Positions 58,800-64,000 of a DNA stretch of 64,000 nt are shown here, one piece after another. Positions within the stretch are counted from its first letter, which is position 1. Each line of letters opens with the position of its first letter. The translations under genes and the position numbers were made by a program. The stretch is from Chloroflexota bacterium. Lineage in GTDB: Bacteria > Chloroflexota > Dehalococcoidia > SM23-28-2 > RBG-16-64-32. The stretch spans positions 6,214-70,213 of the forward strand of contig JACZRQ010000001.1 in the NCBI GenBank assembly GCA_022574655.1, read 5' to 3'. The notes beneath the pieces were generated by a model. That model ran no database searches. It worked only from the letters and a program-made list of their open reading frames with translations, and was not told the DNA's origin.

Positions 58800-60503
58800 C
58801 TACTCGACACGATACTGGTTTGCGATCGGCGGGCGCCAGTCGCGGCCGAAGGAGCGCGGCGTGATCTTGACGCCGGGCGGCGCCTGGCGGCGCTTGTACT
58901 CGTTGCGGTCCACCATGCGAACAACGTTCAACACCATCTCGCGGTCGTATCCTAGCTCGACGATCTCGGGGACGCTCTTGTCACCCTCGACGTAGGCCTC
59001 GAGAATCGCGTCCAGAACATCGTATGGCGGCAGCGTGTCCTGATCGAGCTGGTCGGGCTTCAGCTCGGCGGAGGGTGGTTTCGTGAGCACCGACTCCGGG
59101 ATCACCGGCGCGTCGCCGAGCGAGTTCCGATAGCGGCAGAGGTCGTAGACCATCGTCTTCGGCACGTCCTTGATCACGGCGTACCCGCCCGACATGTCGC
59201 CGTACAGCGTCGCATAGCCGGTGGCGAACTCGCTCTTGTTACCGGTGGTGAGGACGATCCGGCCGAGCTTATTCGACAGCGCCATGATGATGTTGCCGCG
59301 GATCCGCGACTGGACGTTCTCTTCGGCGACTCCCGACTCAGGGCTGCCGCCCAGCTTCTCGAACGGCGTTTCGAGCATGCCCAGGTAGGCGGCGTGCGCC
59401 GGTTCGATTGGCACGATGATCAGTTCGATGCCAAGGTTGTGGGCCAGCGCCTTCGCGTCGGCGATGCTTCCCTCGGACGAATAGCGGGACGGCATCCCAA
59501 CGCAAACGACGTTCCCGGCGCCGATGGCGTCGGCAGCGACGGTTGCGACGAGGCTCGAGTCGATGCCGCCGGACAGCGCGACCAACGCCTTGCCGAAGCC
59601 GGTCTTGCGAAGGTAGTCGCGGGTCCCGAGCACGAGCGCCGAATACACCTCCGCCTCCGCCGATAGCTCGGGCGCGATCCGTGGCTCGAGCGGCGGTTTG
59701 TCGCCGCGCGAGGGCGCGGCGCTGACCTGTACACGAGTCACACGATCATTGGCCGTTGGTTTGCGATCGTCGATCTTGAGGTCGCAGACGAGAAGCTCCT
59801 CCTCGAAGGCGGCGGCGCGGGCGATCAACTCGCCGTTCGGGTCGAGCACCATCGACCCGCCGTCGAAGACGAGTTCGTCCTGGCCGCCGAGCAGGTTCGT
59901 GTAGCAGATGAACACGCCGTAGGCGCGCGCCCGCTCGGCGAGCATCTCCTGACGGTCGCGGCGCTTGCCGGCGTGGAACGGCGACCCGTTGATGTTGATG
60001 ATCACGCCGGCGCCAGCGGCGGCCTGCGATGCGGTGGGATCGCCCGGATACCAGATGTCCTCGCAGACGTTGACGCCTATGTCGACGCCAGCGATCTCGC
60101 AGACCGGGAGGTCAGCGCCGGCGCGGAAGTAGCGCAGCTCGTCGAAGACGCCGTAGTTGGGCAGTCGCTGCTTGTGGTAGACGGATGCGAGCTTCCCGCC
60201 GTGGATGACGGCGGCGGCGTTGTACACACCGTTCTCGTCGCGGTCGGCGAAGCCGACAACGGCTGTGATGCCATGCGAGCCATCGACGATCGCGTCCAGT
60301 GCACGGAGGTTGGCGTCGATGAAGGCGGGGCGCAGCAGGAGGTCTTCCGGCGGGTAGCCGGTGACCGCGAGTTCCGGGAACGAGACGACGTCAACGCCGA
60401 GGTCTCGCGCACGGGCGACGTAGACGAGGATCTTCTCGACGTTGCCATCGAGGTCCCCGACGATGAGGTTGATCTGCGCGAGGCCGACTCTAAGGATGGT
60501 CAT
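58800..60503 (-). CDS. nadE: glutamine-dependent NAD+ synthetase
   Basis: Nitrilase domain (FPEL, KQRLPNY, CEDIW) plus SGGIDS, TGNKSE, PPSAEL. Confidence 0.96.
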   Translation of the reverse strand: MTILRVGLAQINLIVGDLDGNVEKILVYVARARDLGVDVVSFPELAVTGYPPEDLLLRPAFIDANLRALDAIVDGSHGITAVVGFADRDENGVYNAAAVIHGGKLASVYHKQRLPNYGVFDELRYFRAGADLPVCEIAGVDIGVNVCEDIWYPGDPTASQAAAGAGVIININGSPFHAGKRRDRQEMLAERARAYGVFICYTNLLGGQDELVFDGGSMVLDPNGELIARAAAFEEELLVCDLKIDDRKPTANDRVTRVQVSAAPSRGDKPPLEPRIAPELSAEAEVYSALVLGTRDYLRKTGFGKALVALSGGIDSSLVATVAADAIGAGNVVCVGMPSRYSSEGSIADAKALAHNLGIELIIVPIEPAHAAYLGMLETPFEKLGGSPESGVAEENVQSRIRGNIIMALSNKLGRIVLTTGNKSEFATGYATLYGDMSGGYAVIKDVPKTMVYDLCRYRNSLGDAPVIPESVLTKPPSAELKPDQLDQDTLPPYDVLDAILEAYVEGDKSVPEIVELGYDREMVLNVVRMVDRNEYKRRQAPPGVKITPRSFGRDWRPPIANQYRVE

Positions 60504-60585
60504 TTGGATTGGGTACGATGTTAGTGTATCAGCTACACTTACTCGATTCGCCGTGCGCAGCTTACGAGGGTACGAGGCCAGAGTA

Positions 60586-61119
60586 TCAAATCGTCTTGGG
60601 GGCAATCGTCGAAATGCGCTGAAGAAGCTCCGTGATGTATCCCAAGGTGTCGTTCATTTCCGGATAGTAGCCGCTCGGATGTGCGCACTCGTTTCTCTTG
60701 TTGAGCAGTCCCTGTAGAGCCTTCTTCTGATTCTTCGTGGCGAGCTTCAGTGGTTGTGTCAGTTCAAGAATATGATACTCAGTTTGGTACTCCCGAAGCT
60801 CTTCCACGGAGCTGGCTCGCCATTTCGGTCTAAGCGCTCTCACCATTGCCAATCCATCAACCGACAGTTTTTCCTCAAGAAAGTCCATGAACGCCGCCCA
60901 AGCCATAACGTGAGCGGCTCTAAACAATCCGTTCTCAACGCAGCGCAGTGCCTGACGCATGAGATCATCCTGCTTCAGGCTTAGGACGGTAAGCTTCGAA
61001 TACGTATCGGTAAGCAGAACGATCCGCGAGGCAGCACTCTCATGCACCGATAGAATAACGTGGGCTTCTTTCTCGAAGGCCTTGGCTCTAGCGATCCAAT
61101 CGTGGCCACCCCGGATCAT
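60586..61119 (-). CDS. hypothetical HEPN-superfamily protein (RxxxxH motif)
   Basis: Predicted helical; QALRCVENGLFRAAHVMAW N-terminal motif and KRNECAHP near the C-terminus. Confidence 0.65.
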   Translation of the reverse strand: MIRGGHDWIARAKAFEKEAHVILSVHESAASRIVLLTDTYSKLTVLSLKQDDLMRQALRCVENGLFRAAHVMAWAAFMDFLEEKLSVDGLAMVRALRPKWRASSVEELREYQTEYHILELTQPLKLATKNQKKALQGLLNKRNECAHPSGYYPEMNDTLGYITELLQRISTIAPKTI

Positions 61120-61128
61120 GTGTCTTGC

Positions 61129-61761
61129 CTACAGTCCCAGATGCTTTTTCATCGACGCGAACAGTTTGTCGTACACGGATGCGTCGTCTGTTGGAGGAAG
61201 CTGAAGCTGGATATTGAGGTTGATGGTTAGACCGCCACCTTTCGCGGGCACCTCTACTATCTGCTTGATGACCTTTGGCTCCAGGTTCGTAGAGCCATCC
61301 AGAGGCTCCTGTTTAGTAGAGCCGTCCGCGGCCTCGACTGCGTTGCCCGCGAAGTCACCGAGACCACAAAGCGTCTTGAAGGTTCCAACGACCTGTGTGA
61401 CCGCGCCAGCGGCAAGGGAGGTCTGACCGGAAAAGTAATTGCGGAGAGCTTCGGTGTCTTTTCTATCCGCGTCTGGATACGTCCCGAAGAGACCACTGTA
61501 TGCGCCTCTGATGGCTTGAGCTAGCACCATCCGTGCCTGCGTTTTGTCACGATAGGCCTTCCATGGCTCGGTGGGTACACCTGACGGATCCAGAAAACCG
61601 ATGAACCTCAAGATCGGGATTATCTTTCGGTCATTTTTACTCTTGAACCCGACTGATTCGAGATACTTCCGAGTCAGCTTGTCGGGAACTCCACCACTTT
61701 GAATGTAGTCGAAAAACTTCTTTAGGTTTCCAACGTTGGGCATGTACGGATAATCAGCCAT
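61129..61761 (-). CDS. DUF5343-like protein
   Basis: YPY, VPDKLT, GFKSKNDR, IGFLDPSGVPT, AIRGAYSGLF, C-terminal INLNIQLQLP...VYDKLF; AAGGAGG RBS. Confidence 0.75.
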   Translation of the reverse strand: MADYPYMPNVGNLKKFFDYIQSGGVPDKLTRKYLESVGFKSKNDRKIIPILRFIGFLDPSGVPTEPWKAYRDKTQARMVLAQAIRGAYSGLFGTYPDADRKDTEALRNYFSGQTSLAAGAVTQVVGTFKTLCGLGDFAGNAVEAADGSTKQEPLDGSTNLEPKVIKQIVEVPAKGGGLTINLNIQLQLPPTDDASVYDKLFASMKKHLGL

Positions 61762-61952
61762 CACAACCTCCTTCGATCATCTTTCAAACCATAGACTCTA
61801 CAGCAAGCTTGGCGAACCGCCAACGCCAGAATGGCACTCCGGAAATCATCACCACTCGAGAGTAAGTACGACTTACCCGCTGGAGAGGTTCCGAGACCGC
61901 TTTAGCACACCGAACGCTTGACCCTCGTGCCGCTGCACGGGAACCTAGAACC

Positions 61953-62903
61953 GTGCAATCACCCGCTGCCCCGCCCCGTACCGCCGTAGCCGCTGAGGCC
62001 GTGGACGTGACGTTCTCCTACGAGAATCGTCAGGCGTTGAACGGACTCTCCCTGAGCGTCGCCGCCGGTTCGATTTTTGGTCTGCTGGGGCCGAACGGGT
62101 CGGGGAAGACAACGTTGCTCTCGCTGTTCGCCGGGCTGCGCGCGCCCGACTCCGGCAGCGTGACGGTGCTGGGCGAGACGCCCTCTACGGGCCTCCGCGC
62201 ACGCATCGGATTCGTCTTCCAGGAGTCCACACTCGATCCGCTGATGACGGTGCGTGAGGTGCTGGCGTTTCACGGAAAGCTATTCGGAATGACCGGCGCA
62301 CGAGCGCGCCAGCGCCTGGACGAGGCGTTGGAGACGGTGGCCCTTACAGATCGCGCTAACGACGCTGTGCGAACGCTCTCCGGAGGCATGCGGCGACGCC
62401 TCGAACTGGCGCGCGCCTTCCTGCCATCGCCCGAGCTGCTTCTTCTCGACGAGCCCACAGCCGGACTCGACCCAGATTCCGAGAAGGCCGTCTGGGCCTA
62501 CCTGCACGAGCGGAACGAGGAAGGCGTGACGATCATCGCCGCCACGAACAAGGTTTCGGAGGCGGACCGGCACGCCGACGCCGTGGCGTTCGTACACGAT
62601 GGGCGAATCGTGGCGCAGGGTGCGCCGCCGGAACTGAAGTCCGGACTCAAGCACGACGGTCTGTTCGTCGAAGGCGAATTCAGCGACGACGAGATATCGG
62701 AGATCAAAGCGTGGCCGGAGGTCGGAGCGCTGCGATGGTCCAGCCCGCTGCTCCACCTGACGGTCGACAGCGCCGCCACGTTCGTGCCCAAGCTCTTTCA
62801 GGCGGCGGGGGCTTCCGTTTCAGCGGTCCGGGTACACGAGGCCAGTCTCGAGGACGCCTACTTCGACGTCGTAGGCTCCGGGCTGGATGGGGACGAGCGA
62901 TGA
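61953..62903 (+). CDS. ABC-2 type exporter ATP-binding protein (DrrA/NodI-like)
   Basis: GPNGSGKTT, LSGGMRRRLE, LDEPTAGLD, SLEDAY. Confidence 0.92.
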   Translation: MQSPAAPPRTAVAAEAVDVTFSYENRQALNGLSLSVAAGSIFGLLGPNGSGKTTLLSLFAGLRAPDSGSVTVLGETPSTGLRARIGFVFQESTLDPLMTVREVLAFHGKLFGMTGARARQRLDEALETVALTDRANDAVRTLSGGMRRRLELARAFLPSPELLLLDEPTAGLDPDSEKAVWAYLHERNEEGVTIIAATNKVSEADRHADAVAFVHDGRIVAQGAPPELKSGLKHDGLFVEGEFSDDEISEIKAWPEVGALRWSSPLLHLTVDSAATFVPKLFQAAGASVSAVRVHEASLEDAYFDVVGSGLDGDER

Positions 62904-63691
62904 TCGCGGGCCCGCTGCTCGCCTGCCAAGCGATCCTTGTTCGCGACCTCCGCGCCGTGCTGCGTTCACGCTCGCAGCTCTACTCCTCGCTGCTGCTGCC
63001 GCTGATGTTGCTTGCGGTGCTCGGTGTCGGCATCTCGGAGGGGCTGGAACCATCGTCGTCGTCCATCCGTGACGGCGACTACACGAGCTTCCTGGTGGCC
63101 GGCCTGATCGCGATGACGGCCCTCTTTTCGTCGACGTTCTCGAGCGCGTCCTACTACCAGGACCGCGACTCAGGGCAGCTACGGGCGATGATGGCATCAC
63201 CTCATCCGCAACAGATCATCCTGCTGGGAAAATCGCTCGCCGGCGTTGCCATCGGCTCTTTGCAGGCGATCGCTCTACTTGCAATCGCTTCCGTGATTCC
63301 GGGCATCGAACTAGAGTGGCAGCACGGCGTCGTCCCGGGGATCGGCCTCGCGGTGCTCGCGGTGTTGCTTCTCGCGTTCATCCTCAACGGGTTCGCACAG
63401 CTCGTGGCGTCCCGTATCCGGACGATGCAGGGGTTCCACCTCGTGATGAACCTGCTGCTGTTCCCCCTGCTCTTTCTGTCGGGAGCGTTCTTCCCGCTGG
63501 CGGACCTGCCGGGCTGGCTCAAGGTGTTTGCGACGGTGAACCCGATTTCGTACGCCGTGGATCTGCTGCAGATCGCAGCTTACGCCGACGGCGATGGCCA
63601 CTTCGGTATCGTCATCGACTTGATCGTTCTCGGCATCCTCACACCGACGGTCTTCGCGCTCGGCATTGGCGCAAAACACCCGATCGAGTGA
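62900..63691 (+). CDS. ABC-2 type exporter permease
   Basis: Six TM segments, FLSGAFFP, NPISYAVD; ATGA overlap. Confidence 0.9.
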   Translation: MIAGPLLACQAILVRDLRAVLRSRSQLYSSLLLPLMLLAVLGVGISEGLEPSSSSIRDGDYTSFLVAGLIAMTALFSSTFSSASYYQDRDSGQLRAMMASPHPQQIILLGKSLAGVAIGSLQAIALLAIASVIPGIELEWQHGVVPGIGLAVLAVLLLAFILNGFAQLVASRIRTMQGFHLVMNLLLFPLLFLSGAFFPLADLPGWLKVFATVNPISYAVDLLQIAAYADGDGHFGIVIDLIVLGILTPTVFALGIGAKHPIE

Positions 63692-63806
63692 TGGGGTGCT
63701 ATTTTGCTTGACGCTCCGCCGGACTTTGTGATACCTGTTACGAACAGAATGCCACAGGTCTGTTACAGCAGGGAACGGACGTAGTTGACTCGATAGGTAT
63801 CACCAA

Positions 63807-64000
63807 ATGGAATACATTCAGACTGTCCTATTTCAGGTAGCTACCGCGGGCCTCGAACGAGCCACGGCAGCGGGCGGGCTCATCCCTGAGCTGGACGAGC
63901 ACCGCAAGTTCCTGAAGCAGCAGGCGGGCTTCGAGGACATGCGAGTTACACGCTCGATCAACCCCGAAGGCAACATCCTCATCATGGTCGAGACACGCTG
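63807..64000 (+). CDS. hypothetical protein (partial; possibly ABM-like dimeric barrel)
   Basis: Open from the ATG to the window end: MEYIQTVLFQV...FLKQQAGFEDMRVTRS...IMVETR. Confidence 0.6.
   Translation, partial: MEYIQTVLFQVATAGLERATAAGGLIPELDEHRKFLKQQAGFEDMRVTRSINPEGNILIMVETR

Noticed and set aside
60504..61952. Defined mobile element around the DUF5343/HEPN cassette
   Set aside because: No integrase, transposase, tRNA target, or convincing terminal or direct repeats seen.

Overview
GC-rich bacterial chromosomal segment. Gene content and protein style (RecG N-terminus, DinB/LLM/HAD expansions, probable leaderless starts) suggest a Chloroflexota/Dehalococcoidia-like organism; this is inference. 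It is mostly housekeeping. In order: recG-degV-DAK2/rpmB; an argC-argJ-argB-argD-argG-(HAD)-argH-rpe operon; an FtsX-type ABC exporter; nth; selD with an in-frame UGA (selenocysteine); lemA-htpX; a solo CIRCE-preceded groEL; gltBD; tldD-(aldolase/SDR)-tldE; a Fur-family regulator with a metal ABC importer; an ECF sigma/anti-sigma pair; a thiol/flavin redox cluster; metF; a 7-repeat surface protein; an EVE protein; iscA/erpA; nadE; and an ABC-2 exporter. The most notable unannotated signal lies upstream of argC. It has a complete classical attenuator layout: a sigma70 promoter, a 25-aa leader peptide with 7 Arg codons, mutually exclusive 1:2, 2:3 and 3:4 hairpins, and a U-rich terminator. This makes it a candidate arginine-sensing, ribosome-mediated attenuator. 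Second is a lower-GC two-gene cassette (DUF5343-like plus an RxxxxH HEPN-like protein) beside nadE, a candidate defence or toxin-antitoxin module. No rRNA, tRNA, CRISPR array, transposase or integrase was recognised.
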